DNA from: Acidobacteriota bacterium
GTDB taxonomy: Bacteria > Acidobacteriota > UBA4820 > DSQY01
Direction: 5' to 3'
Length of the DNA: 23,793 nt
Assembly (NCBI GenBank): GCA_049967655.1
Contig: JBMFSH010000036.1
Coordinates: 1-23,793, forward strand
Notes under the pieces: generated by a model
What the model was told of the DNA's origin: nothing
The model's input: only the letters and a program-made list of their open reading frames with translations
The model's database searches: none
Position numbers and translations under genes: made by a program
Shown here: positions 8,001 through 15,801 of the stretch, in pieces
Layout of the letters: each line of letters starts with the position of its first letter
Numbering within the stretch: position 1 is the first letter of the stretch

Positions 8001-8616
8001 CGGCCGACCAGGCGAGGCCGCCCGAGGCCCTCAGCCTGAAAGGGAGCGGCGCCGGACAGCCCGCCTCCAGCGAAGCCAGCGCCAAGTGGAGTGAGCCGTT
8101 GGAGAGGGTGGCCGAGCCCCCGGCGGAGATGCCGCTCCAAAGAAGGGGCGCGGCCGCCGGCCGTCCATGCCAAGAGAAGCGCCCGGCCCTGACCTGGAAG
8201 CGCGGCACCCAGACGTTGAGCCACCTGGGCAGACTCCGGGAGGCGGAGGCCGGCCCCTTACCCGGCGCGGGCCGGGTCAGGTCGAGGTCGGGGCCCTCGA
8301 CGAGCACCTCGGTCAGGCGGATGATCCCCACCCCTAGGGGCAGCACCGACAGGCGCGCGTGGAGGTGCTGGGCCGTGAAGGTGACTCTGCCGGGGAGGGA
8401 GAAGGAGACGCCGTAGAGGTCCAGCCCCTTCACCAACCGCCCTTCGCGCCGGGCGATCGTGAGCGTGCCTCCGCTCCGGCGCACGGCCTTGACGAGCAGC
8501 TCCTGGGCGATCCGGTCGGGCAGCGGCGTGAAGAGGGCCAGGAGGACCACCGCGCCCATCGCCGCCAGCAGGGCCGCCGACACCCACAGCAGAACCTTGA
8601 CGAGCTTCCGCCTCAC
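5035..8616 (-). CDS. tamB: Translocation and assembly module TamB (AsmA-like, C-terminal DUF490)
   Basis: N-terminal TM anchor and long amphipathic beta-rich body. C-terminal LTSDPPMEKADILATLLFGR and GGDVLWEQRY. GTG start with GGGGAGG. Translationally coupled to the Omp85 gene. Confidence 0.88.
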   Translation of the reverse strand: MRRKLVKVLLWVSAALLAAMGAVVLLALFTPLPDRIAQELLVKAVRRSGGTLTIARREGRLVKGLDLYGVSFSLPGRVTFTAQHLHARLSVLPLGVGIIRLTEVLVEGPDLDLTRPAPGKGPASASRSLPRWLNVWVPRFQVRAGRFSWHGRPAAAPLLWSGISAGGSATLSNGSLHLALASLEAGCPAPLPFRLRASGGLAWSAGGGGRFDGEVSSALSRVKGLVSLKADGSFSADLSFAPLALREAAVGWAAAPDLSVTGSARVEGRGGALRWKARLDAKGLGPVSSEGSGEMASGRVHLQGTAATEGASLNPFWKTPAGREAQVAGTANWSVDGGRGSLRWKADGELGASRIWGLSLRGARVKAEGSAGEGSLSAEGEAAMAGSFKGSLSWGLHPRRWRAELAGEGVDLQGVLTSLSLMPALPAGLHPPQGPWRVKALSLGQEAAQGFTLSAKVTDPKGGEWSVAAGPLGSGRPVVWSAAVTSFDPSLWGLGPAGRLVGRAAFRGPSAREGLLELDLGSGQWDGVAFSPLAMRLHLSPSGTTLEPATLTCDLGTARIGGTLSSDGRLRAEVKGEVRDAARLGRLFGVEGLAGDLKADVRLAGPWKDPSVEGTASVEGGGYGTVKTARLEVSGRWGGTGAASDLTLSYAGLRASETDLGDGSVVLRGLPARAEVSWKALLPGKKNLSFRVSGALLPPRMDLRVSDILFEIAGKRFAQEGEARVEWTRESLAWSGLVLVKQKSRLEAEGRLDLRSGFAAAPMQGRVSAVHLPLALLPLPRTAGSMEGFLAADLSWSGRLDAPQISGTAELTEGSYTYPESDLTIAPITLAMKAKGDRLVLTRGTATTPEGGRAEATGYLQFRGFLPASFDFSVAAKAFPFVVGRQIDGLADVRAGLSGSIEKPVISGQAQILKGKIELPDLAQQQPLPSTVRFVNVPKGFALGQEEQGQEAPMVGRLRGQVVLSSQGGLWASNRNLLAEVTGQITVRLTDKGPAVGGRLNLQQGRYLFEGKKFTIQESSLNFDGTTSLVPYLDITALYKAGSTDITVHITGSPSHPNLTLTSDPPMEKADILATLLFGRPLGDLNAGERSSWSNAAAGMAVQYQAAPLLEALRGKLGLDTLTVGASSTGQGTEVGFSKYLGDRTVLEYQQIFGTLPEERINLRYRVNRHLSLQSQVSTNGESGGDVLWEQRY

Positions 8617-8752
8617 GTCCGGCCTCCCCCTAGGGCGGCGCCACCGCAGCGCCGTGCCTTCCTCTCAGTATACCTTCGGTCATGACCGTCCAAGTCACAT
8701 CCAGCTCGGACTTGCGTGGCGTGCATTCCGGAGCGAGCGGCCGCCGGCGCGC

Positions 8753-8781
8753 TTGACGGCGCGGCGCCGGAGTTCTAGCCT
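8753..8781 (+). promoter_or_regulatory. Sigma70-type promoter for the 8803 gene
   Basis: TTGACG (8753-8758), 17 bp, TAGCCT (8776-8781). Confidence 0.6.
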
Positions 8782-8802
8782 ACCCCCAGGAGGATCAAGA
8801 TC

Positions 8803-9258
8803 ATGCGGCTCCACATCTCCTCTCGCTGGCTCCTCGCGGCGATTCTCACCACCCTCGCCTCGATGGGTCTGAGCGCCCAGGGAGTGCCCCTCGGCGCCCC
8901 GTACGAGCCCTTCCGGCAGGGGCGCATCGTTGCCATCCGCGAAGATCACGGGCACATCACGGCCACGGTGAAGCTGGAAGAGGCGACCCCCGGCGTGCCG
9001 GGCGTGGGCGTCACGCCCATCCCCGTGGAGCCGGGCATGACCGTCCGGCTGGCCTTCAGCCTGGGCACCGGCCTGTTCAACATGCCCATCGGGCAGGTCC
9101 GCTCGCTCCCGGATTCCAAGGGTGAATTGCTCGTGAAAATCCGGCCCAAGCTCCTGGAGCGGACCGTGCAGGATCCACAGAACCAGAGCCTTCATGCTGC
9201 CCGGGAGTTCTTCCGCGTGGGGGCCCAGGTCACCATCACGCACGAGCCCATCGGGTAG
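8803..9258 (+). CDS. Exported hypothetical protein, 151 aa
   Basis: SD AGGAGG, Sec-type signal peptide (…LASMGLSA/Q), host-like G/C-ending codons and its own promoter. No family recognised. Confidence 0.75.
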   Translation: MRLHISSRWLLAAILTTLASMGLSAQGVPLGAPYEPFRQGRIVAIREDHGHITATVKLEEATPGVPGVGVTPIPVEPGMTVRLAFSLGTGLFNMPIGQVRSLPDSKGELLVKIRPKLLERTVQDPQNQSLHAAREFFRVGAQVTITHEPIG

Positions 9259-9264
9259 AGTTCC

Positions 9265-10494
9265 TCAGCGGGGCCAGAGGGCGAAGACCAGCACCAGATA
9301 GAGAACACCCGCGACGGTGGTGGCGAGCGTGACCAGGGCGCCGTAGCGGAAGTACTGCCGGAAGCCCATCACCCGAAGCCCCCCCGAGAGCTCGGCCACG
9401 ATCAGGTTGGCCATGGAGCCCACCAGGGTCAGGTTGCCCGCGAAGGTGCTGGTGAGCGCCAGCAGGTACCAGTGGAGCCTGGGCGCCGGCAACCCCTGCA
9501 CCCATTTGGCGGCCACCAGCACGAAGGGAACGTTGGAGAAGAGGTTGCTCGCCGCCACGGAAACGACGGTGAAGCCGGCTATGCCCGCCGCGCCGCCTCC
9601 CGCGGGAAGCCAGGCCCGAAGCGCCGCCACCACTCCCGCCCGCTCCACGCCCCCCACCACCACGAAGAGCGCGGCGAAGAAGAGGAGCAGGGGCCAGTCC
9701 AGCTCCCGGAAGACCTTGGACGGCGAGATGCGGTTGATCAGGATCAGGAGGGCCGCCCCGCAAACGGCGGTGAAGGCCAGGTCGGCCCCCAGGAGCCACG
9801 CCACCACCACGCCGGCCAGCACCAGAAGGCTCCTCGCGGCGATGGCCCGCTTGACCCTCGGGGCCCCTCCAGACACCTCCGCCCGAGCTCCCGAGCGTAG
9901 CCTCTTGCCGAAGACCGACAGCAGGAGCCAGTGGTTCAGCCCGAGGCAGAGGGCGGCCACGGGCGCCATCACCAGCAGGTACTCCCGGTAGGGGATCCCG
10001 GAGGCCATGCCGATGAGCATGTTCTGCGGGTTGCCCGCCAGGGTGGCCACGGAGCCGATGTTGGCCGAGGTGGCGAGGGCCAACAGGTAAGGGAGGGGAT
10101 CGAGGCCTGCGGCCTCGGTGAGAACGCAGAGCAAGGGGGTCATCATGAGGCAGACCGTGTCGTTCACGAGGAAGGCGGAGGCCAGCCCCGACAGCCAGAC
10201 CACGCCTCCCAGAACCGCCCGCGGGGACCACTTGCGATCCAGCGTCCTCCACACCACTGCGGAAAAGAGGCCCGCCTCGCGAAGATAGCCGGTCAGCACC
10301 ATCATCCCGAAGAGCAGGCCGATGGTGGGAAGGTCCACGCAGGCGAAGGCCTCCTTCGGGGTGAGCACGCCGAGAAGCACCATGCCGACGGCGCCCAGGA
10401 GCGCCCCCGCCGGCCGGCCGATGTGGAGCAGGGAGAACCGCCGGGCGGCGATGAGCACGTAGGTCACGGCGAAGACCAGAAGCGCGGTCAGCAC
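9265..10494 (-). CDS. ArsB/NhaD (IT superfamily, SLC13/CitMHS-like) anion permease
   Basis: Many TM helices. Motifs IGRPAGALLGA, SAFLVNDT, ANIGSVATLAGNPQN, SNLFSNVP and AGNLTLVGSMANLIV. Probable GTG start at 10494 behind GGAGGT. Confidence 0.9.
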   Translation of the reverse strand: MLTALLVFAVTYVLIAARRFSLLHIGRPAGALLGAVGMVLLGVLTPKEAFACVDLPTIGLLFGMMVLTGYLREAGLFSAVVWRTLDRKWSPRAVLGGVVWLSGLASAFLVNDTVCLMMTPLLCVLTEAAGLDPLPYLLALATSANIGSVATLAGNPQNMLIGMASGIPYREYLLVMAPVAALCLGLNHWLLLSVFGKRLRSGARAEVSGGAPRVKRAIAARSLLVLAGVVVAWLLGADLAFTAVCGAALLILINRISPSKVFRELDWPLLLFFAALFVVVGGVERAGVVAALRAWLPAGGGAAGIAGFTVVSVAASNLFSNVPFVLVAAKWVQGLPAPRLHWYLLALTSTFAGNLTLVGSMANLIVAELSGGLRVMGFRQYFRYGALVTLATTVAGVLYLVLVFALWPR

Positions 10495-10572
10495 GTCCCA
10501 CCTCCGCCGCCATTCTGCCACGCCCGCCGCCCCGGAGTCCCGCACCGGCGGATCATGGCGGCGGGATACTTG

Positions 10573-10663
10573 CACCACGGAGGTCACGGAGAGCACGGAG
10601 AAAGACCCAGCTCGAAGGACGCTTCCTTGTGGAGGCCTTTCCGGTCTCCGCGTGCTCCGTGGT
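10573..10663. repeat. Inverted pair of 9-bp tandem arrays
   Basis: cac-cacggaggt-cacggagag-cacggagaa (10573-10602) faces ctccgcgtg-ctccgtggt (10646-10663). Confidence 0.8.
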
Positions 10664-10757
10664 TTCCTCAAGGGTCGAAGGCGGGGACCCTCCTCTCTCA
10701 TCCATCATCCTTTTCCCCTTCGTGTCTCGTGGTGTCTCGGGTGCGCGGCCGGCCATC

Positions 10758-10786
10758 TTGTGAGAGGCATGGGCCGGGCGTACCCT
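10758..10786 (+). promoter_or_regulatory. Possible sigma70-type promoter for the radical SAM gene
   Basis: TTGTGA (10758-10763), 17 bp, TACCCT (10781-10786). Confidence 0.4.
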
Positions 10787-10803
10787 GTGGGCGGAGGGGA
10801 ATC

Positions 10804-12057
10804 ATGCGCGTGCTCAATCCGGCCGAGCTGGAGGTGGACCTCTTCTGCAAGGGGATCCGCATCGACCCCACGTGCACCTTGGACCGGGATGGGCGGTTTT
10901 TCTCCCGCACCCGGGCGGGCCTCGGATCGGGTCTCGAACTCGTGATTCCCTCCAGGCACAAGGAGATCTGGGTCAACGTCCCGGTGGAGGAGGACTTCGC
11001 CGGCACCTCTCCCTACCGGCTGCTCAAGACCGGCGACGGCTACGTCATCGCCGACGACCGCCAGCTCGGCCTGGAGTACGGCGTCCGGGTTCCGCCCCAG
11101 CCCAAGTGGTACACCATGTCCACCAGCCGGGGCACGCCCATGAGCAAGGTGGGCGTCCTCCAGGGCACCTACCTGGGCATCTACGTCTCCAACTCCTGCC
11201 TCTACTGGTACACGGAACCGAATCAGGGCTGCAAGTTCTGCACCACGGGCCTCAACGTGGGGGTCAACGAGGTGGCCGAGAAGCGCGTGGAGGACGTGGT
11301 GGAGACGGCCCTCGCGGCCAAGGTGGAGAACGGCGTCACCTTCGTCCACTTCAATTCGGGCTATCAGGCCGGCAAGGGGCTGGACCGCTGCGCCCCCTAC
11401 GTGAAGGCCGTCAAGGAGAAGGTGGGCGCGCTGGTGGGCGTGCAGGTGATCCCCAGCCGGGATTTCTGGAAGTACGACTGGCTCATGGAGCTGGGGACGG
11501 ACCACTTCTCCTTCTGCTACGAGTTCCAGAACCCCGAGGTCTTCGCGAGGCTCTGCCCCGGCAAGGCCGCCACCGTGGGCCAGCAGGCCTTCTTCGACGC
11601 CATGGAGTACTGCGCGAAGAAGATGGGTAAGGGCCGCAATTCGGGGGAGATCATCGCCGGCGTGGAGCCCATCGAGGAGACCCTCAAGGCCATCGACACC
11701 ATCACCGCCATGGGCTGTTTCCCAACGGTCTGCATCTTCCGCCCCGTGATCGGCGCCGAGATGGAGCACCATCCCCCGCCGCCCTTCGAGGAGATGGTGG
11801 AGGTCATGCGCTACATGTACGAGGCCTGCCGCAGGAACGGTATCCCCATCGGCATGACGCCCAACATCGAGGTGAGCCTCATCGTCAACCCTGACGATGC
11901 CAAGTACCTGGCGCCGCCAAGCTTCGGAAAGTTCTGGTACGAGACCAAGCTGAAGGCCGTCAAGAGGTTGGCCGCCCCCTATTTCGCCTGGAAGATGCGC
12001 CCCAGGCCCGTGCGCGAAAGCGCCGAGCGCTACTCCAAGGTTCCCGCGCAGCTCTGA
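10804..12057 (+). CDS. Radical SAM protein with extended CX10CX2C motif, function unknown
   Basis: Start MRVLNPAEL at 10804 with GGAGGGG. C-LYWYTEPNQG-C-KF-C, followed by core-barrel-like motifs (VHFNSG, IIAGVEP, CIFRP). Confidence 0.85.
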   Translation: MRVLNPAELEVDLFCKGIRIDPTCTLDRDGRFFSRTRAGLGSGLELVIPSRHKEIWVNVPVEEDFAGTSPYRLLKTGDGYVIADDRQLGLEYGVRVPPQPKWYTMSTSRGTPMSKVGVLQGTYLGIYVSNSCLYWYTEPNQGCKFCTTGLNVGVNEVAEKRVEDVVETALAAKVENGVTFVHFNSGYQAGKGLDRCAPYVKAVKEKVGALVGVQVIPSRDFWKYDWLMELGTDHFSFCYEFQNPEVFARLCPGKAATVGQQAFFDAMEYCAKKMGKGRNSGEIIAGVEPIEETLKAIDTITAMGCFPTVCIFRPVIGAEMEHHPPPPFEEMVEVMRYMYEACRRNGIPIGMTPNIEVSLIVNPDDAKYLAPPSFGKFWYETKLKAVKRLAAPYFAWKMRPRPVRESAERYSKVPAQL

Positions 12058-12100
12058 GGGCCGAGCCCACCTCCGCTCTGCCTCCCTGTCCCTATGAGGT

Positions 12101-12177
12101 GATGAGGAGATGTCGAAAGAGACCGCTAGGTCGTGCGGTTGTCCCTTCCTGTCCCTTGTCCCCTGTCCCTTGTCCCC
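12101..12177. repeat. 77-bp composite element, copy 1 (GATGAGG head, 4 x TGTCCCY tail)
   Basis: Aligns ungapped to 18311-18387, 57/77 identities by hand count. Confidence 0.85.
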
Positions 12178-12227
12178 CGTTTCCATTCTTCCCCCGCCTA
12201 TGCCAGACTGAAGCCGACGGAGGCGCC

Positions 12228-12533
12228 ATGGCGCGGGAGTGGACCGAGGAGACGGCTCGAAAGCTCTGCCTGGCCTCCGGCGCGTACATCGTGGTCTGCG
12301 GCCTCATCGCGGCCGGGATCGTGCTGGACGCCCGCGGGCTCTGGCGCGCGCCGGCCCTCCCCCAACCGATCTCCAACGTCCTGCTGTGGGTCTTCCTGGC
12401 CGTGGGCATCCTCTTCGGGATGGACCGCGGCATCCCGCGGGAGGGGCTCTGGTCCCGCCGGCTCTTCTGGCTCCGGCGGGGCCTGCTGGTGGCCGTTCTG
12501 CTGACGCTGGTGGCCGTGGTTCGGACCGGCTGA
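12228..12533 (+). CDS. Small hypothetical membrane protein (about 3 TM), 101 aa
   Basis: ATG at 12228 after GGAGG; three hydrophobic stretches; 19 bp upstream of the oxidoreductase. Confidence 0.7.
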   Translation: MAREWTEETARKLCLASGAYIVVCGLIAAGIVLDARGLWRAPALPQPISNVLLWVFLAVGILFGMDRGIPREGLWSRRLFWLRRGLLVAVLLTLVAVVRTG

Positions 12534-12552
12534 AGCGAGGAGGAGTAGGGCC

Positions 12553-13578
12553 GTGAAAGCCGTGGTGGTGACCAGGCACGGGGACGAATCGGTGCTGGCC
12601 GTGCAGGAGGTGCCGGTCCCCTCTCCGGGGCGGGGCGAGGTGCTCATCGCCAGCCGGGCCGCCGGCGTGAACTTCGCCGATCTCCTCTCGCGCCTGGGGA
12701 TCTACAAGGCCGCCCCCAAGCCGCCGTTCGTTCCGGGCCTCGAAGCCGCCGGGGTGATCGAGTCGCTGGGAGAGGGCGTCAGCGGGCTCAAACCGGGAGA
12801 CCGCGTGATGAGCTTCTGCCGCTTCGGCGGATACGCCGAGAAGGTGGTCATCCCGGCCTCCTTCGCCATGCGCTTGCCCGATGACATGACCTTCGCCGAG
12901 GGCGCCGCCTTCCCCGTCCAGTACCTCACCGCCTATCACGGCCTCTTCCACCTCGCCCACGTGCAGAAGGGCGAGAGCGTGCTCGTGCACGCCGCGGCGG
13001 GCGGCGTGGGGATCGCCTGCCTCCAGCTCCTCAGGGACCGGGGCGTGCGGGTCTTCGCCACCGTCGGCAGCGAGTCCAAGGGCGCCGTGGTGCGCGAGGA
13101 GTGCCCCGAGGCGCGCGTGATCCTCTACCGGGAGGAGGACTTCCGAAGGGTCATCCTGGAGGCCACGGCGGGCAGGGGCGTGGACGTGGTGATGGACTCC
13201 GTGGGCGGCGAGACCTTCGCCCGCTCCTGGAAGACCCTGGCCCCCGGCGGGCGCCACGTCCTCTTCGGGGCCGCCTCCGCCGTGAAGCCGGGCCGCATCG
13301 CCAGGCTCGGCGCCCTCTGGCGCCTCAGGAAGATGCTGCTGGTTTCGCCTCTGGGGATGATCGACAGGGACCGGACGCTCTCCGGCTTCAACCTGATCCA
13401 CTTCACGGACCGCGCGGAGCTGCTGCGCTCGGCGGCCGAGGAGATGCTGGCCCTCAGGGCGAAGGGCCGCATCCGTCCCCGCGTGGGGCTCTCCCTTCCG
13501 CTGGGAAAGGCCGCCCAGGCCCACCGGCGGATGCAGGAGCGCCAGACCGTGGGGAAGGTCGTCCTGACGGTGAGCTGA
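12553..13578 (+). CDS. MDR-family NADPH:quinone oxidoreductase (VAT-1/zeta-crystallin-like)
   Basis: Motifs GVNFADL, PFVPGLEAAG, VLVHAAAGGVG, GVDVVMDSVGG and TVGKVVL; no Zn ligands. GTG start with GAGGAGG. Confidence 0.92.
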   Translation: MKAVVVTRHGDESVLAVQEVPVPSPGRGEVLIASRAAGVNFADLLSRLGIYKAAPKPPFVPGLEAAGVIESLGEGVSGLKPGDRVMSFCRFGGYAEKVVIPASFAMRLPDDMTFAEGAAFPVQYLTAYHGLFHLAHVQKGESVLVHAAAGGVGIACLQLLRDRGVRVFATVGSESKGAVVREECPEARVILYREEDFRRVILEATAGRGVDVVMDSVGGETFARSWKTLAPGGRHVLFGAASAVKPGRIARLGALWRLRKMLLVSPLGMIDRDRTLSGFNLIHFTDRAELLRSAAEEMLALRAKGRIRPRVGLSLPLGKAAQAHRRMQERQTVGKVVLTVS

Positions 13579-13598
13579 CCCTCAGGCCCCCGCCGGCC

Positions 13599-14912
13599 TC
13601 AGCTCGTCACCTGGATGAGGTTCTGCTGCTTCTCCGAGACCCCCGCCTGCCCCATCACCAGAAAACTCACCACCGTGGCGATCATGGCCGGGATGAGCAC
13701 CCACGGGTTGCCCGTGGTCTCCGCCACGAAGGCCACGGCCGCCAGCGGCGTCCTGTAGCCGGCGCCCACGAAGGCCGCCAGCCCGATGAGGGGGAAGAGG
13801 GGGCCGGGCACGCCCGGCACCACGAGGCTGAAGAGTGAGCCCAGAATCACCCCCAGCACCGCCTGGGGGAAGAAAAGTCCGCCGACGCCACCTCCGGCCA
13901 CCGTGAAGGAGGTGGCCAGCAATTTGGCTCCGAAGAGGAGGAGAAGGAGTTCGACGGGCTCCTGCACGGCGAGGGCGTGGCGGATGAGCATGTATCCGGG
14001 GCCGTAGATGTAGGGCTCGCCGAAAGCCACGAACACGAGCGTTCCCAGGGCACCCACGGCCAGGCCTCCGATGAGGGGGCGCGCGACTCCAGGCAACCGC
14101 TGAAAGGCGTGTTTGAGGAGGTGGGTGATCCAGACGAAGAGGCGCGCCCCGATGCCGCAGCAGAGGCCGAGCAGGGCGGCGTAGAGGATGTCGCGAACCC
14201 CGAACCGCCCGAAGCCGCTCTGGCCGAAGAGCGGCTCGCTGCCGACGAGCGTCACGAAGGTGGCGTAACTGGCGGAGGAGGCGATGAGCCCGGGAATGAG
14301 GGCCCTCGCCGCCAAGCTGTCCTTGTAGGGAGACTCCATGGCGAAGACCACGCCCGTGAGGGGCGCCTTGAAGATGGCCGCCATGCCCGCCGAGGCCCCC
14401 GCCACCAGCAGCATCTTGCGGTCTTCCCGCCCGAAATAGCGCCCCAGCCAGTTCTGGAGAGAATCTCCGAGGGCGGCCCCCGTGTAGATGGCCGGACCCT
14501 CCAGCCCCATGCTTCCGCCGCTGGCGATGGTCACGAAGCTGGCCACCAGCTTTCCGGGCAGGTTCCACAAGCGCATGCGCCGGTCCTTGTCGTGGAAGAC
14601 GAGGATGTAATCCTCCGTCAGCTCCCCCTCCCGGCTGGGCACCAGGGTCCGCGTGGCGAGCCAGGCGCACAAGAGGCCGGCGACGGGGAGGAGGGCGTAG
14701 GCGGGCTTGGAGCGGAGGCTGTAGAGGTACCAGACCACCTGGTCCCGGAGAAGAAAGTCGAAGGCCGCCACGAGGACGCCCGTCGTCACGCCGATCACGA
14801 AGGAGGAGAGGACCCACCGCGCGATGAGGGCCTCCCTCGCCCTAAGGCTGTGCAGGGTGTTGAGCGGCGAACCGAAAAGCGCTACCAGGCGGATCCTGAG
14901 ACGGGAAAACAC
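13599..14912 (-). CDS. CLC-family chloride channel/transporter protein, atypical
   Basis: Motifs GGSMGLEGP, AGMAAIFKAPLTG, GGVGGLFFP and RTPLAAVAFVAETTG. No CBS domains. Confidence 0.9.
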   Translation of the reverse strand: MFSRLRIRLVALFGSPLNTLHSLRAREALIARWVLSSFVIGVTTGVLVAAFDFLLRDQVVWYLYSLRSKPAYALLPVAGLLCAWLATRTLVPSREGELTEDYILVFHDKDRRMRLWNLPGKLVASFVTIASGGSMGLEGPAIYTGAALGDSLQNWLGRYFGREDRKMLLVAGASAGMAAIFKAPLTGVVFAMESPYKDSLAARALIPGLIASSASYATFVTLVGSEPLFGQSGFGRFGVRDILYAALLGLCCGIGARLFVWITHLLKHAFQRLPGVARPLIGGLAVGALGTLVFVAFGEPYIYGPGYMLIRHALAVQEPVELLLLLFGAKLLATSFTVAGGGVGGLFFPQAVLGVILGSLFSLVVPGVPGPLFPLIGLAAFVGAGYRTPLAAVAFVAETTGNPWVLIPAMIATVVSFLVMGQAGVSEKQQNLIQVTS

Positions 14913-14969
14913 GGGTGTGGCCCCCTTCCTCCAGGTTAATGGTCAGCGCCGATCCTCATGCATGGACGC

Positions 14970-15761
14970 TCAGGCCAGCAGGCCGCGCAGGCGCCCGCCG
15001 TCCACCGGCAGGGCCACGCCCGTGATGTAGGCCGCCCGTTCGGAACAGAGGAAGGCCACGGCCGCCGCCACCTCCTCGGGCAGGCCGAGGCGACCGGCCG
15101 GAGTGCTCTCGGCCCAGGCCGACATGACCGTCTCCGGCGATCGAGCGCCGGCCGAGGCGCGAGCCAGCTCCTCCAGCCGCGAGGTCCGGGTGTAGCCGGG
15201 GCAGACGCTGTTCACCGTGATCCCCTCTCCGGCCACCTCCGTGGCGAGGGTCTTGAGGAGCCCCGTGAGGCCGGCCCGGTAGGCGTTGGAGAGGGCCAAG
15301 TTGGCGATGGGCTCGTGCACGGAGACGGAGGTGAGCGCCACGATGCGCCCCCACTTCCGCTCCCGCATGCCGGGCAGAAGCCCGCGGATCATGCGGACCG
15401 CCGCCAGGAAGGTCAGCTCCCAGCCCTGGCGCAGCTTCTCTTCCGTGACCGAGGCCTCGAAGCCCCCGGCGGGCGGGCCGCCGGCGTTGGCGAAGAGGAC
15501 GTCGGCCCGGCCGAAGGCTCCCCTCTGCTCTTCCAGAATCCTGGAGCACTCCTCGCCCTTCGAGAGGTCCGCCGCCCCGAAGCGCGCCGCAACGCCGTAC
15601 CGGCCCGTAAGCTCGGCCGCCAGACCCGAGAGCGCCTCGGCCCGCCGGGCCACGAGGAAGAGGTCCGCCCCCTCGGCGGCGAGGGTCTCCGCCACGGCCC
15701 GGCCGATCCCGGCGCTCGCCCCGCACACCACCGCCACCTTGCCCCGAAGTCCAAGATCCAT
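14970..15761 (-). CDS. SDR-family oxidoreductase
   Basis: Motifs GASAGIG, NAGGP, GITVNSVCPG and YITGVALPVDGG. The active-site helix reads SNAYR rather than YxxxK. Confidence 0.92.
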   Translation of the reverse strand: MDLGLRGKVAVVCGASAGIGRAVAETLAAEGADLFLVARRAEALSGLAAELTGRYGVAARFGAADLSKGEECSRILEEQRGAFGRADVLFANAGGPPAGGFEASVTEEKLRQGWELTFLAAVRMIRGLLPGMRERKWGRIVALTSVSVHEPIANLALSNAYRAGLTGLLKTLATEVAGEGITVNSVCPGYTRTSRLEELARASAGARSPETVMSAWAESTPAGRLGLPEEVAAAVAFLCSERAAYITGVALPVDGGRLRGLLA

Positions 15762-15801
15762 GATCCACCTCGAACACGAGCCGCGGCGAAACCCGCCGCG
15801 A

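Noticed and set aside
9931..10803. 291-aa N-terminal extension making a 708-aa radical SAM fusion
   Set aside because: It overlaps the permease antisense and crosses repeat DNA; the SD and promoter point to ATG 10804.
13599..14912. Fluoride exporter (CLC-F) with a fluoride riboswitch
   Set aside because: The CLC-F signature motifs are absent, and no riboswitch-like sequence is evident in the 57-bp upstream gap.
14970..15761. SDR lacking YxxxK as a pseudo-enzyme novelty
   Set aside because: The SNxxR variant is a common, known atypical SDR subgroup.
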